Source of the DNA: Gemmatimonadota bacterium
GTDB lineage: Bacteria > Gemmatimonadota > Gemmatimonadetes > Gemmatimonadales > GWC2-71-9
DNA: 64,000 nt
Assembly (NCBI GenBank): GCA_039589275.1
Contig: JBDHHP010000029.1
Span: forward strand, 1,109-65,108
Reading direction: 5' to 3'
Position 1 is the stretch's first letter. Every line of letters begins with the position of its first letter. Made by a program: the position numbers and the translations under genes. The notes under the pieces were generated by a model, which was not told where the DNA came from, made no database searches, and saw only the letters and a program-made list of their open reading frames with translations. Below are positions 9,829-19,555 of the stretch, in pieces.

Positions 9829-10983
9829 ATGACAGCCGATCACCCCGACGTCATTCGGGCTGATGTCCTCCGCTCCCTCGGTGCGGACCGGGAGACCGTT
9901 GAAGAGCTTTCTACCTATTGTGACAATCCGTTCCCGGTCGATGCTCTTCCCCAACCCCCCGCCTTACCGCTTCCAGAGGAAGCACACACTACCGATTGGC
10001 GAGACTACCTCGACGAACAGGGCGATGACCCCTTCGGCTTTCTGCAATCACGACTGGTTCAGCTCAACATCCCGATCCAAGAGGGTGTTTCGAAGACCGC
10101 TGCGTATGCTGACGTCGTTCGCCGCGGCAAACCGTTTGACGAAAGTGCCTTTGGCGGCCGGCTGACGCTGAAACAACCGGAGCTCTTTCGCGTCTCGGTG
10201 CACGAGCATCCCGCCGGGGCTCTTCCTGTGTTGCTCACACCCAACCGTTCGGATTTCGAGACCGTTGTCCAGGCATTGGCGTTTCGCTGCGAGCCAGCCA
10301 CGATCGGCCCTGCGGTCAACGCACAGATGATCGCCGGACTGATCAACTGGGATCGGATGCATCGCTATAAGTCATCATGGCTCGAGCGCAACAGCGAGAT
10401 CGGATATGTCGGCTGGCCGGCAGAAATGCAGCGCGTCGCATCATCGGAGAAGTGGCGCTTTCTGGACCGATTGATAGTCGTTACCGACAGTCCCTATAGC
10501 AGCGTGTCGGCCGCCGCGCTTGGTCTGGAGTGGGACGCCGCGACATGGCGCGAGAGGTCCGCTGCGCTACGAATGGAACACGAGTTTACGCACCACGCCA
10601 CCAAGCGGCTGTACGGTAAGATGACTCTCAATGTGCTGGACGAAATCATCGCGGACTGGGCAGGCATGTCCAGCGCCATGGGCGACTTTCGATCCGCTTG
10701 GTTTGTTCGCTTCCTGGGTCTAGACGATCTACCCAAGGCGCGAGAAGACGGCAGAATCCATACCTACCGACAGACACTCAGTGACGAAGCGTTCCGGATT
10801 CTCGCGCCGCTGACGCTCCAAGCCGCTGAGGGTCTCGAAGCTCTGCATCAAGCGCACTACACCAGCGAACAACGTCCCCGTTTCCTGTTGGCTCTAACTC
10901 GACTCACCCTCGAGCTCCTGGCTGCCGATAACCGTGAGCGCTTCTTTGGTGACGCCTATGAATGGGCAGCTGGAATGCTCTGA
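9829..10983 (+). CDS. hypothetical protein with an HExxH motif (possible gluzincin-like metalloprotein)
   Basis: A 384-aa ORF starting 36 nt after the response regulator. HEFTHH lies at 10579-10596, with LDE about 18 residues downstream. I do not recognise the family. Confidence 0.55.
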   Translation: MTADHPDVIRADVLRSLGADRETVEELSTYCDNPFPVDALPQPPALPLPEEAHTTDWRDYLDEQGDDPFGFLQSRLVQLNIPIQEGVSKTAAYADVVRRGKPFDESAFGGRLTLKQPELFRVSVHEHPAGALPVLLTPNRSDFETVVQALAFRCEPATIGPAVNAQMIAGLINWDRMHRYKSSWLERNSEIGYVGWPAEMQRVASSEKWRFLDRLIVVTDSPYSSVSAAALGLEWDAATWRERSAALRMEHEFTHHATKRLYGKMTLNVLDEIIADWAGMSSAMGDFRSAWFVRFLGLDDLPKAREDGRIHTYRQTLSDEAFRILAPLTLQAAEGLEALHQAHYTSEQRPRFLLALTRLTLELLAADNRERFFGDAYEWAAGML

Positions 10984-10994
10984 CGCAACCGTCT

Positions 10995-12794
10995 TCACAC
11001 CGCGCCGGGGTCGGCCCTGCCTTCCCAGCCTTTTTCGGCATAGTAGTCCTGCACCATTCGACCGATGTCTACGACCGTGCCCTTGGCCGGGCCATCCGGG
11101 ATTGGCTCGCCGACAAAACGAGGTGGCAAAGTGTCTTCTTCGGGCCTTAATCCTTCCCGTAGATTGAAGTCGCGCTCGACCTGGCTCACGTGAGAACAGA
11201 CCTTCCATAGATCGTGAGCCGCGATGTCCCGTCCCAGCAATCCCGAGTAGGCCTCCGCCGCCAAATCGAAGTCCACGACGTCCATGCAGCAGGAGATGTT
11301 CTTGCAGATCGTCATACTGTCAGACAGGAGGCCCATATGCTCAGCGTAATTGACCAGAGCGCCCTTACCGTCCTCCTTTAGACGGTGTGCCGCGTTGCGG
11401 TTACCCACACGGCGCATGGCGAGATCCTCGTCTCCAGTCAGCTCGATCATCGGCTCACCACGGTAGTGATCACCGCCCCGCGAGTTGACGGCGTTCATCA
11501 AGGCGTAACCTTTGATCCCACGCGGATCGGCGGAGAACAGTTCCAGTCCTTTTACTTCTGCAGTGAGCTTGCGGGCATTGGTCCCGAATTCCCTGGCCGC
11601 GCGCTTTGTCCCCTGGGCCAGGAGATCACCAATACCCTCGCGGCGCGCAATCACTTCGGGAAGTCGCAGGAGCGCGTCGCGCGAGCCCCAAGAGAGGTCG
11701 ACGCCATCCACGTCACCGTCTGAGATCACACCTTCGTGACGGCACTCCATGAGCCATGCAATCACTTCCGCCGTACTGATGCAGTCGAGGCCGAGCCGAT
11801 TCACCAGGTTCGACACATGCACGCCGAGTTCCAGATCGGAGTTGCCGCACTTGACGGTGAATCCTGCCTGCGCCTCGTACTCTGGGCCTTCTCCCTCACT
11901 GTAGCTGGTGTAATTGTACCGGGAGCAGTAAACGTTGCAGTTGTAGCAGGCCTTGGCCTTCACCACGTGATCTCTGCGCAGTGCGTCGGCGTTGACCTTC
12001 TCAAGGTCAGCATAGAGCGCACTGCGATAGTGATAAGCGGGCAGCACACCCATATCGGCCAGCGAATCCATGATGCGGGTCGTGCCATACTTTCGGCGTG
12101 ACTCGAACTGACGATGCTCCTCGATGTTCGATTGAAGCAACGCACAGGCTTTCTTGAACCTCTCCCTATCTGCGGGTTTCACGGGTTGGTCGCCCCGCAC
12201 CACAATGGCCTTCAGCTTCTTCGATCCCATCACTGCACCCATTCCGGTCCGTCCGGCTGCACGCGTGAGATTGCAGGAGATGATGGCGTACCGGACCAGG
12301 TTTTCACCCGCAGGTCCTATCGTGGCTACCTGGATGTCGGGATCGCGTAACTCGCTCTGCAGCTTGACGGTAGTCTCAGTGATGTCCAGCCCTACGAGAT
12401 GGGAGGCATCACGGATTTCGACGCGATCGTTGTCTATGAACAGGTAGACCCAGCGGTTAGACACACCGGTGAACACTATCTGATCGTGACCGGCCCAGCG
12501 AAGCTCGGGCGCGAAGAACCCCCGCGCACCCGAGTCGCCCAGGTACCCCGTCAAGGGGCTCTTGGCGCTCGCGATGAACCGGCACGTAGAGATCAGCTCG
12601 CTTCCGGTGAGCGGACCAACCGAGATACAGAGCAGGTTTTCTGGTCCGAGCGGGTCGATGCTCGGTCTTAGCTCGTCGAGTAGAGTAACGCTGTTCCAGG
12701 TCCTGCCGCCGATTCCGTTTTCCGGAGTCAGCCCTCGGTTGATCTCGCCGTCGGTAAGGTCGACGCGCAGGGAGTTGCCACGGTAGATGCTCAT
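10995..12794 (-). CDS. aor: aldehyde:ferredoxin oxidoreductase family (tungsten/molybdopterin AOR)
   Basis: 599 aa. The N-terminal AOR domain reads LRVDLT...GGR...LLDE...DPLGPENLL.ISVGPLTG, followed by IGPAGENLVRYA and GMGAVMGSKKLKAIVV. The start overlaps the upstream ferredoxin stop (ATGA at 12791-12794). Confidence 0.9.
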   Translation of the reverse strand: MSIYRGNSLRVDLTDGEINRGLTPENGIGGRTWNSVTLLDELRPSIDPLGPENLLCISVGPLTGSELISTCRFIASAKSPLTGYLGDSGARGFFAPELRWAGHDQIVFTGVSNRWVYLFIDNDRVEIRDASHLVGLDITETTVKLQSELRDPDIQVATIGPAGENLVRYAIISCNLTRAAGRTGMGAVMGSKKLKAIVVRGDQPVKPADRERFKKACALLQSNIEEHRQFESRRKYGTTRIMDSLADMGVLPAYHYRSALYADLEKVNADALRRDHVVKAKACYNCNVYCSRYNYTSYSEGEGPEYEAQAGFTVKCGNSDLELGVHVSNLVNRLGLDCISTAEVIAWLMECRHEGVISDGDVDGVDLSWGSRDALLRLPEVIARREGIGDLLAQGTKRAAREFGTNARKLTAEVKGLELFSADPRGIKGYALMNAVNSRGGDHYRGEPMIELTGDEDLAMRRVGNRNAAHRLKEDGKGALVNYAEHMGLLSDSMTICKNISCCMDVVDFDLAAEAYSGLLGRDIAAHDLWKVCSHVSQVERDFNLREGLRPEEDTLPPRFVGEPIPDGPAKGTVVDIGRMVQDYYAEKGWEGRADPGAV

Positions 12795-13303
12795 GAGTCA
12801 ATCCTCACTCCCTCCATCCAGCCCTCACGAATCGGCAGCGCCATACTCTCCGAGTAGAGGGCACGCTTCTCGCGAGGAAGACCCTCTAGCCCGAGGTAGG
12901 CGGCCAGCGACACACCCGTTTCTCGGTTCGACAGCGCTCTGGTAGGGCATACTTCGACACAGCAAGTGGCACCACCGCAAATATCGCAAAACAGCGGCTG
13001 CCCATCGAGAAATCCGACCGCACCCACCGGACATGCCTCGACACAAGTCTCGCAAGCGTTGCACAGGTCTGGGTCGAGCAGAATCTCTCCCCTTGTGCCC
13101 ACCGAAAGAGCGTCGGTCGGACACTCGAGGCAGGGCCTTTCGTCACAGCTCAAGCACGCAATTGCCGCGTCGATACCGATTGCCTCCAGCTTCACTACCC
13201 TGATGCGCGACAACGCAGGAGAGACTGCGCCGAAGTGGAAAGCACTGCACGCCACCTCGCACATCCTGCAGCCAACACAGAGCGCAACATCACAGTGGAT
13301 CAT
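12791..13303 (-). CDS. 4Fe-4S dicluster ferredoxin-type protein
   Basis: 170 aa with several CxxCxxC...C(P) groups (CVGCRMCEVAC, CLSCDERPCLECP, CNACETCVEACP, CDICGG..CCVEVCP). It is translationally coupled to the AOR gene. Confidence 0.85.
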   Translation of the reverse strand: MIHCDVALCVGCRMCEVACSAFHFGAVSPALSRIRVVKLEAIGIDAAIACLSCDERPCLECPTDALSVGTRGEILLDPDLCNACETCVEACPVGAVGFLDGQPLFCDICGGATCCVEVCPTRALSNRETGVSLAAYLGLEGLPREKRALYSESMALPIREGWMEGVRIDS

Positions 13304-13310
13304 CTCCCTA

Positions 13311-13946
13311 TCACTCCATCCGATCGATTCGCAATATCACGTTCCCCGCCGGATCGGGACAGAGGACCCGATGGTCTTCTTTGAGCCAGTCGCCGTCTTG
13401 CAGGGAGCGCTGCTTGGCCGGCAGCAGCGGCATGGCCGCGTGCAACGCGTAAAGGCACGCGTGGCCACCGGCCGGAATGTAGAGCCGACCGCTACACAAC
13501 TCGAACTCGTCGCCGCGTTTCATCCGGGACGTGCAGTGGCCTCCGACCTCTTCGACGCCGATGCGCAGACGCTTCAGCCCGGCCTCAGATGCTCCATTGC
13601 CGTTCGCCTTCACCTTTCTCGGTGACCGGGGGGATTCGGGAGCATCGGGTGTGCGCGCCTCCACATTCCCCGTGCGCTCGATCTGGAAGACCACACGGCC
13701 CGCTGGATCAGGACACTGGACATGGTGGACTCGCCACATCCAATCTCCGTCCCTTTGCTCAGTGACCTTTCTTTCCTTTGGCGTGATCACCGGTATTAGG
13801 CTCTGCAGTGCATAGAGGCAGATGTAGCCACCCTCCGGAACTTGGATATCGCCGTCGCTCACAGTGAAGAAGTCGCCCGGCTTCATAGGGGGATCAGCCG
13901 TGCACGTACCCATTACCTTCTTAACCGTCACTTTGAGCTCATACAT
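13311..13946 (-). CDS. tandem two-domain protein resembling the uncharacterised TIGR04076 family
   Basis: From ORF 13311..14132. An AAGGAG lies 6 nt before the ATG at 13946. It has two ~90-aa repeats (MYELKVTV...GGYICLYALQSLIPVI...QCPDPAGRVVFQIER and LRIGVEEV...GGHACLYALHAAMPLL...LCPDPAGNVILRIDR) joined by a Pro/Ala/Gly-rich linker. Confidence 0.5.
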   Translation of the reverse strand: MYELKVTVKKVMGTCTADPPMKPGDFFTVSDGDIQVPEGGYICLYALQSLIPVITPKERKVTEQRDGDWMWRVHHVQCPDPAGRVVFQIERTGNVEARTPDAPESPRSPRKVKANGNGASEAGLKRLRIGVEEVGGHCTSRMKRGDEFELCSGRLYIPAGGHACLYALHAAMPLLPAKQRSLQDGDWLKEDHRVLCPDPAGNVILRIDRME

Positions 13947-14215
13947 CAGTGCTCCTTGTACAGACCGGCCCGTCGCCGCACTGGCGTAGCGCAAACGGCA
14001 ACGGGCGCCCTTCCCAGCTTTGAGAAGTGCGCCCGTCGCCAATCGAATCCGGAAGTCTGCTCGGTCTAGCCGATCACCCTCCGGGACACGCGCACCACTC
14101 GTCGCGGCCCGTACCAGCGCCAGGACCACCATCCAGACGAGTTCTGTAGCTTGCGTGTCATGAGGAAACGGTAGTCCGCCCCAGCCGAAAGGTCAAGAGC
14201 GACATCCCGACCAGC

Positions 14216-16603
14216 TCAGCCCTTATGGGTCTCGGCGGCCTCCACCGCTTGGCGTAGCCGCCGCAGCCGGTCGTCACGGTCGCGCACGAAACGCTCGATT
14301 CCTTCGAGAATGTGGTCGGCGCTCAGGTGAGCCTCCTCGATGACTTCATCGACGCTACCACCCGTGCGCCAGCGGTTATCCCAATCGGAGCACAGCGAGT
14401 ACTCGGCAACCAGAGGATGCGTGACCCAGTCACGGGTGACTCGAAGCGCGCGATTGGAGATGACCATCGAGTTCCATCGATCGGCCGTTGTCACAACCGA
14501 TTCGCGGTAGGCGTTGTCCTGCAGATCGAACAGCTGCGGACTGATGGCCGCGACCACCTTGACGTTGAGACCTGCGCTGTCCAATTCCGGCAGCACCTTC
14601 ACCAGATTGGCGGTCGAGGTCGTACCTTGAACGAAAACCGTTCCGGCGCGCGGTTGACCTGCGCGGAACTGACGCATGACATAGGCTCCGCGAGCGGCCT
14701 CGAAGTGAGATGCAATACCGAGCGCCTCACGGTCGGGAATCTCGATCGGTGGCCTGGTGAGATGTAGCGCTACGATCGGCGTCTTCTGCCTGAGAGCCGC
14801 GCCGAGCACGACCGGCACCTCATTGTATTCCCAGGGATGAACATCGATCACGTGCCCGTCTGGAAATAGCTGCGTGACTCCTGGCGCGAACACTCCGAAG
14901 TGCGTGCGGGAATCCTCGGCGGTTTCGGGTCCGGAGTGCCCCGCGATCCAGATGACCTTGCCAACCTTGAGCTGGCAGTCCTGGGCCAGTTGGCTGAACA
15001 ATCGCATGGGCCCGTACTTGAGATAGCTGAACGAGCCGTACGTGGAGCACGCGCCCCAGAACCCGTTGAAGTCCTTGAAGGGGTCATCCGCCATATTCAC
15101 CGTGGCCATACCGACCATGATCCCGGAGTTGGCGAACTCGGTGATCTCCTGCGGTAGCAGTGTGCCACGCGGGTTGCTTTCCCGTTCATACCAGCCCCAG
15201 CCCTGAACGCCATCGTAATCGTGCGCAAAGCCGGCGATGTTCGTCGAACCCGCCAGGTCAGCGGAGCACGCGACGACGAGTGGCCGATTGTACTCTTTAC
15301 GCGCATAGGTGTTAACCCACGCGCCCCACGCCGCGAGCGCGGCGCGGTTGGGCTTTTTGTCTCCGGGCTTGGCCCACATTGTCTCCGGGTAGTGGCGGAA
15401 GTCGTAGATCCGTTCGTCCTCGACGATCTTCGCCGCCTTCCCACCCAGATTGAACGATGCGGGGTTGTCTGGGACATTGGCAGCGAGCTCGACCAATCGG
15501 TCCGACAGGTACTCGAGCACCGCCTCGTGCGAGTGCAGCACGCTGATCGCGGTCTTGAAGTTGTTGGCGGCCTGCTGCCGCAGCGCTTCGGCATCGTTGG
15601 GAGCAGACTCGTCAACGCCGTCGTATTCGACGCCGTACTGCTGCATGAACCGCTTGCGGACTTCCCAGAAGCCCGCACTGTTCATCTTGTGAGGTACGCC
15701 GTGGGACTTGTTGTCGTAGACACCGTACTCACGACCCTTGCGGGTCTTGGCCCACGCCATAGAGGGGACCTTATCGGGGTTTTCGCCGCGGGCTGCCTCG
15801 AGTACCGCTTGCGCCACCGGCGCCCACTCCATGCCCTGCTCCGTTCCCAGCACTCGCCAGCCGCATGATCTGAACCAGGTCTCGGGATCGCCGCTCACGA
15901 CTGAGCTTATCCGCTGATCGTCGATTCCGAAGTCGTTCCAGTCGACCAGAAAGACCAGATTCGACAGTCCGAGTCCCCAGGCCGAGTTCCTCGTCTCGAA
16001 CCCGCCCCCAGGCGTCAACCCGCCCTCACCTTCGATGGCAAAAACCTTGACCTCTTCCAGTCCGGCGAGCTTGAGGGCGAGCGCCTCGCCTGCGGAAGGG
16101 GGCATGCCGTGTCCTGAGGGCCCCGTGTTGAACTTGAGGAACAGGGTCTTCCCTTCCATCTCGGCATGACCGGCCAATCCTCCACGCCGCCGCAGCATGA
16201 GCAGTTCCTCCCACGTGAGCGCCCACTTGCCGCCGTCCGGGAAGGCAAACCGGGAGTCTCCTGTCTTCCGATGACGCTCGCGCATCGCCTCGTTGAAGAC
16301 AGCGAGCATGGCGTACACCAGCGGGACCGTGTGCCCGGCTGAGAGAACGAAACGATCCTGGAACGGTCGCCACGGCCGCAGCAGATCCCAGCGCATCGCG
16401 CCTGAGAGCAACAGGCTCACGAGTAGATGGACCTTCGAACGGGAGCCTCCCGGATGACCGCTCTGGCGATAGTTGAGCATGAGGTCGATCATCTCGTCAA
16501 TGAGATCCTTGATCACTTCCCAATGCTCGAACGCTTTCTCCGCCTCGGCGTACAGACCGGCAACGGTGACATCCTCGACTTTGTCTACGCTGCTTGCAGA
16601 CAT
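14216..16603 (-). CDS. transketolase family protein (long, ~795 aa)
   Basis: From ORF 14216..16663. An AAGGGAG lies 5 nt before the ATG at 16603. ThDP-enzyme motifs are present: SGHPGGS, GPSGHGMP, and EGEGGLTPGG with NL..LVDWND. Confidence 0.75.
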   Translation of the reverse strand: MSASSVDKVEDVTVAGLYAEAEKAFEHWEVIKDLIDEMIDLMLNYRQSGHPGGSRSKVHLLVSLLLSGAMRWDLLRPWRPFQDRFVLSAGHTVPLVYAMLAVFNEAMRERHRKTGDSRFAFPDGGKWALTWEELLMLRRRGGLAGHAEMEGKTLFLKFNTGPSGHGMPPSAGEALALKLAGLEEVKVFAIEGEGGLTPGGGFETRNSAWGLGLSNLVFLVDWNDFGIDDQRISSVVSGDPETWFRSCGWRVLGTEQGMEWAPVAQAVLEAARGENPDKVPSMAWAKTRKGREYGVYDNKSHGVPHKMNSAGFWEVRKRFMQQYGVEYDGVDESAPNDAEALRQQAANNFKTAISVLHSHEAVLEYLSDRLVELAANVPDNPASFNLGGKAAKIVEDERIYDFRHYPETMWAKPGDKKPNRAALAAWGAWVNTYARKEYNRPLVVACSADLAGSTNIAGFAHDYDGVQGWGWYERESNPRGTLLPQEITEFANSGIMVGMATVNMADDPFKDFNGFWGACSTYGSFSYLKYGPMRLFSQLAQDCQLKVGKVIWIAGHSGPETAEDSRTHFGVFAPGVTQLFPDGHVIDVHPWEYNEVPVVLGAALRQKTPIVALHLTRPPIEIPDREALGIASHFEAARGAYVMRQFRAGQPRAGTVFVQGTTSTANLVKVLPELDSAGLNVKVVAAISPQLFDLQDNAYRESVVTTADRWNSMVISNRALRVTRDWVTHPLVAEYSLCSDWDNRWRTGGSVDEVIEEAHLSADHILEGIERFVRDRDDRLRRLRQAVEAAETHKG

Positions 16604-16697
16604 GTAGCTCCCTTCGTGGTTCGACTGAGCGTGCTCTTCGCCGCGTGCAGCGACGGCGAACAAACGTAATCAACGGAGGCCGATGCGCACAATCGTC

Positions 16698-16775
<78 letters not shown>

Positions 16776-16776
16776 C

Positions 16777-17868
16777 CTACCGCACCACTCTGCCTGAGCC
16801 AGACCCGCTCATGAGCGATTCCACTTCGGCCCGGCTGGAGTAGTTGAGATCGCCCACAATGGAATGCGCCAGGCACGACGCGGCGGTGGCAAACCGAACG
16901 GCCGTGTCGGGTGAGTTGAGATCCGCATCGGTCAGTGCGAAGATCAGGCCGGCTGAGAACGCGTCGCCACCGCCCACACGATCAATGATGTTGCGTATCT
17001 CGTACGGCCGATGAGATCCGCCCTGCATTGGCGCGAAGTAGGCTCCGTCCTCCTCCGCACAATAGAGCATCGCACTCCAGTTGTTGTGCGACGCCGAGAT
17101 GCTCTCACGCAGCGTGATGCCAACCTTCGTCACGTTCGGGAACTGCGCCACGACCCGACGAGCCACGTCCGGGTAGCTCGCGATCCGCAGGTCGCCAGCC
17201 TCCACGTTTGATTCGGCTGCATGGATTCCCAGTACGGCGGCGCAGTCTTCCTCGTTGGCAACCACCAGGTCCGCGTGCTGCAACACCTGTCGCATAGTGT
17301 CTTCGGCCAGCTCCCTGGGCGAGGTAGACGGATCCCAGCGCCAGAGCTTCTTGCGATAGTTCAGATCACACGACACGGTAACGCCGGCCGCCTCCGCAGC
17401 TCGGCTCGCCGCCAATGTGGCCTCTGCCGCCGCTCGCGATATGGAGGGTGTAATGCCGGTGACGTGGAACCACACCGCCCCATCGAGAATCGCCGGCCAA
17501 TCGTACGAGTCCGCCGCCGTCAGGCTCACAGCAGATCCCGCGCGATCGTACACCACGCGGCTCGGTCGTTGGTTCGCTCCCGTCTCAAGGAAGTAGAGAC
17601 CCAAGCGACCTTCGTCGGTACGTACAATGTGCTCAGTATCGATCCCCAACGCCCGCAGTGCAGCGATGCACGCATCACCAATTGCATTACTCGGCAGAGC
17701 GGTAACGAACGCCGCCCGCGCTCCAAGCATGGTGAGCGACCCAGCGACATTCGCCTCCGCGCCGCCGAACGTCACATCTAAAGACCCGGGTAACGCCTGC
17801 CGTAGACGAAGCGAATTCGGTGCCGCCATCCGCCCCATGATCTCACCGAAAGTCACGACTCTCGCCAT
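16777..17868 (-). CDS. kdgK: 2-dehydro-3-deoxygluconokinase (PfkB family)
   Basis: From ORF 16777..17880. A TGGAGAA lies before the ATG at 17868 (MARVVTFGEIMGR). FGGAEANVA and a C-terminal GGGDAF motif are present. Confidence 0.85.
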   Translation of the reverse strand: MARVVTFGEIMGRMAAPNSLRLRQALPGSLDVTFGGAEANVAGSLTMLGARAAFVTALPSNAIGDACIAALRALGIDTEHIVRTDEGRLGLYFLETGANQRPSRVVYDRAGSAVSLTAADSYDWPAILDGAVWFHVTGITPSISRAAAEATLAASRAAEAAGVTVSCDLNYRKKLWRWDPSTSPRELAEDTMRQVLQHADLVVANEEDCAAVLGIHAAESNVEAGDLRIASYPDVARRVVAQFPNVTKVGITLRESISASHNNWSAMLYCAEEDGAYFAPMQGGSHRPYEIRNIIDRVGGGDAFSAGLIFALTDADLNSPDTAVRFATAASCLAHSIVGDLNYSSRAEVESLMSGSGSGRVVR

Positions 17869-17910
17869 TGAATTCTCCAATTCAACTGGATGCGCGAAGC
17901 CTGGGCAGCG

Positions 17911-18585
17911 CTAGCTGTTAGCCGGTGCCGCCCCCAGTTCATCGACAAGCGTTCGGGCCTGTGCGGCTTTCTCGCGGATTGCACCCCAGTCTCCCTCTCG
18001 GATTGCGTCGCGAGGCGCAATCCACGACCCTCCGACAGCAAGAACGAGGGGACTCGACAGGTACTCAAGCACGTTGTCCGGCTTGAGCCCGCCCAACGGA
18101 ACAAAACGGACGCCCAAGTGCGCGTACGGGGCTGCCATGCTATTCAAGTAGGGCAACCCACCGGTCGGTTCGGCTGGGAAGAACTTGACTTCGCGGCACC
18201 CCAGTTCCAACGCCGCCTCCAAGTCGGACGCCGTCGTGACACCCGGCGCGAACGGTAACCCAACGTCTTGTGCGGCTTGGACCACGCGCGGGTTCAATCC
18301 CGGGGCGACTCCGAACGCGGCGCCGGCCGTAGCGGCCTTGCTCGCCTGCTCGGGTGTCAGCACGGTTCCCACACCAGGCAACATGTCAGGCACCTGCGCC
18401 CGAATCGCTGCGAGAGCGTCGAGCGCTACGGGCGTCCTGAGCGTGAGCTCCATGGCGTCGATGCCACCGTCGACCAACGCCCTTGCCAACGGCACCGCGT
18501 CCGCTAGCTCGTCCACCACTAGAACGGCAACCACCCCGCACCGTTCGATTCTTTTCAGGAGTTCAGTAGGTAGTCGCGATTGCAC
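17911..18585 (-). CDS. eda: KDPG / 4-hydroxy-2-oxoglutarate aldolase
   Basis: 224 aa with a GTG start. Family-typical stretches: GVVAVLV, GIDAMELTLRTP, GVGTVLTPEQ, FPA.P.GG...L. Confidence 0.9.
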   Translation of the reverse strand: MQSRLPTELLKRIERCGVVAVLVVDELADAVPLARALVDGGIDAMELTLRTPVALDALAAIRAQVPDMLPGVGTVLTPEQASKAATAGAAFGVAPGLNPRVVQAAQDVGLPFAPGVTTASDLEAALELGCREVKFFPAEPTGGLPYLNSMAAPYAHLGVRFVPLGGLKPDNVLEYLSSPLVLAVGGSWIAPRDAIREGDWGAIREKAAQARTLVDELGAAPANS

Positions 18586-18751
18586 GGGATTGCCTCGTTA
18601 GATGAGCCTCAATGTACGCGCCGTTCGAGATACGGCCAGCGCGGGACTTGGAGCGCTACCTGGCCGACACCGGTCACGCGCCGTATTGTATGTGCCAGAC
18701 ATCCTCCACGCGCTCTAGTTTTCTGGATCACCGGCCTTCTGGAGCACAAAC

Positions 18752-19555
18752 ATGAACCGTACAGAGCTTCTCCCAACGTCATGCGTCGCCTTGGCCCTGC
18801 TACTCGCCTGCAGTACCGAGCGGGGAGAAGGCGCAGCCGCTCGCAGCGACACGCAACAGGCACACAATGCTCTCACCGCCACAGAGGAGGCTGCCGGCTG
18901 GAAGCTGTTGTTCGATGGCAGGACGTTCCAGGGTTGGCGCGGGCTAGGCCGCGACTCGGTACCGGAGGGACACTGGGTCATTGAGGACGGCACCATCCGC
19001 AAGATCGCGAGTGGCAACGTACCCACCGCTCCTGACGGACAACCGTTGGAGGGCGGGGACATCATGAGCAGAGCTGCCTACCGGGACTTCGAGTTGACGT
19101 TCGAGTGGAAGGTCAGTCCCGGCGGCAACAGCGGCATCAAGTACAACGTTTCGGAGGAGATGTCCACGGCATCACCGCCAATCCACGCCGCGCTTGGTTT
19201 CGAGTACCAGATCCTGGACGATGATCTGCACCCCGACGCTCAGAACGGACCAACGCGGATCGCGTCCGCATTATATGACCTAATGCCGCCTGCTGCAGCG
19301 AGGCAAGTGCGCCCTGTGGGATCCTACAATCAGGGTCGAGTTGTCTTCCGCGGTACGAGCGGGGAGCACTGGCTGAACGGCGCCAAAGTGCTTGAGTTCG
19401 AATTGGGAAGTGCCACCTTCGACTCGGCGTTTGCGATTAGCAAGTACCAACCGATAGAAGGTTTCGCCAACAAACGGTCGGGACACATAGTGCTGCAGGA
19501 CCACGGCGACGACGTTTGGTTCCGCAATATCAAGATCCGGGAGCTTTCACCATGA
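18752..19555 (+). CDS. DUF1080 (3-keto-disaccharide hydrolase-like) lipoprotein
   Basis: Lipoprotein-type signal ...LALLLAC. Motifs WKLLFDG.TF.GWRG, GGNSGIKY, EYQILDD, and GHIVLQDHGDDVWFRNIKIRE. Confidence 0.85.
   Translation: MNRTELLPTSCVALALLLACSTERGEGAAARSDTQQAHNALTATEEAAGWKLLFDGRTFQGWRGLGRDSVPEGHWVIEDGTIRKIASGNVPTAPDGQPLEGGDIMSRAAYRDFELTFEWKVSPGGNSGIKYNVSEEMSTASPPIHAALGFEYQILDDDLHPDAQNGPTRIASALYDLMPPAAARQVRPVGSYNQGRVVFRGTSGEHWLNGAKVLEFELGSATFDSAFAISKYQPIEGFANKRSGHIVLQDHGDDVWFRNIKIRELSP

Noticed and set aside
10995-12794. Naming the AOR specifically as GAPOR or glyceraldehyde oxidoreductase.
   Set aside because: Substrate specificity within the AOR family cannot be read from motifs by eye. 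Only the genomic context hints at it, so the generic family name is kept.
13947-14132. A longer 273-aa form of the TIGR04076-like ORF.
   Set aside because: The extension (MVVLALVRAATSGARVPEGDRL...) is Ala/Arg-rich with no motif. The ATG at 13946 has a strong AAGGAG 6 nt upstream and begins exactly at the first domain repeat.
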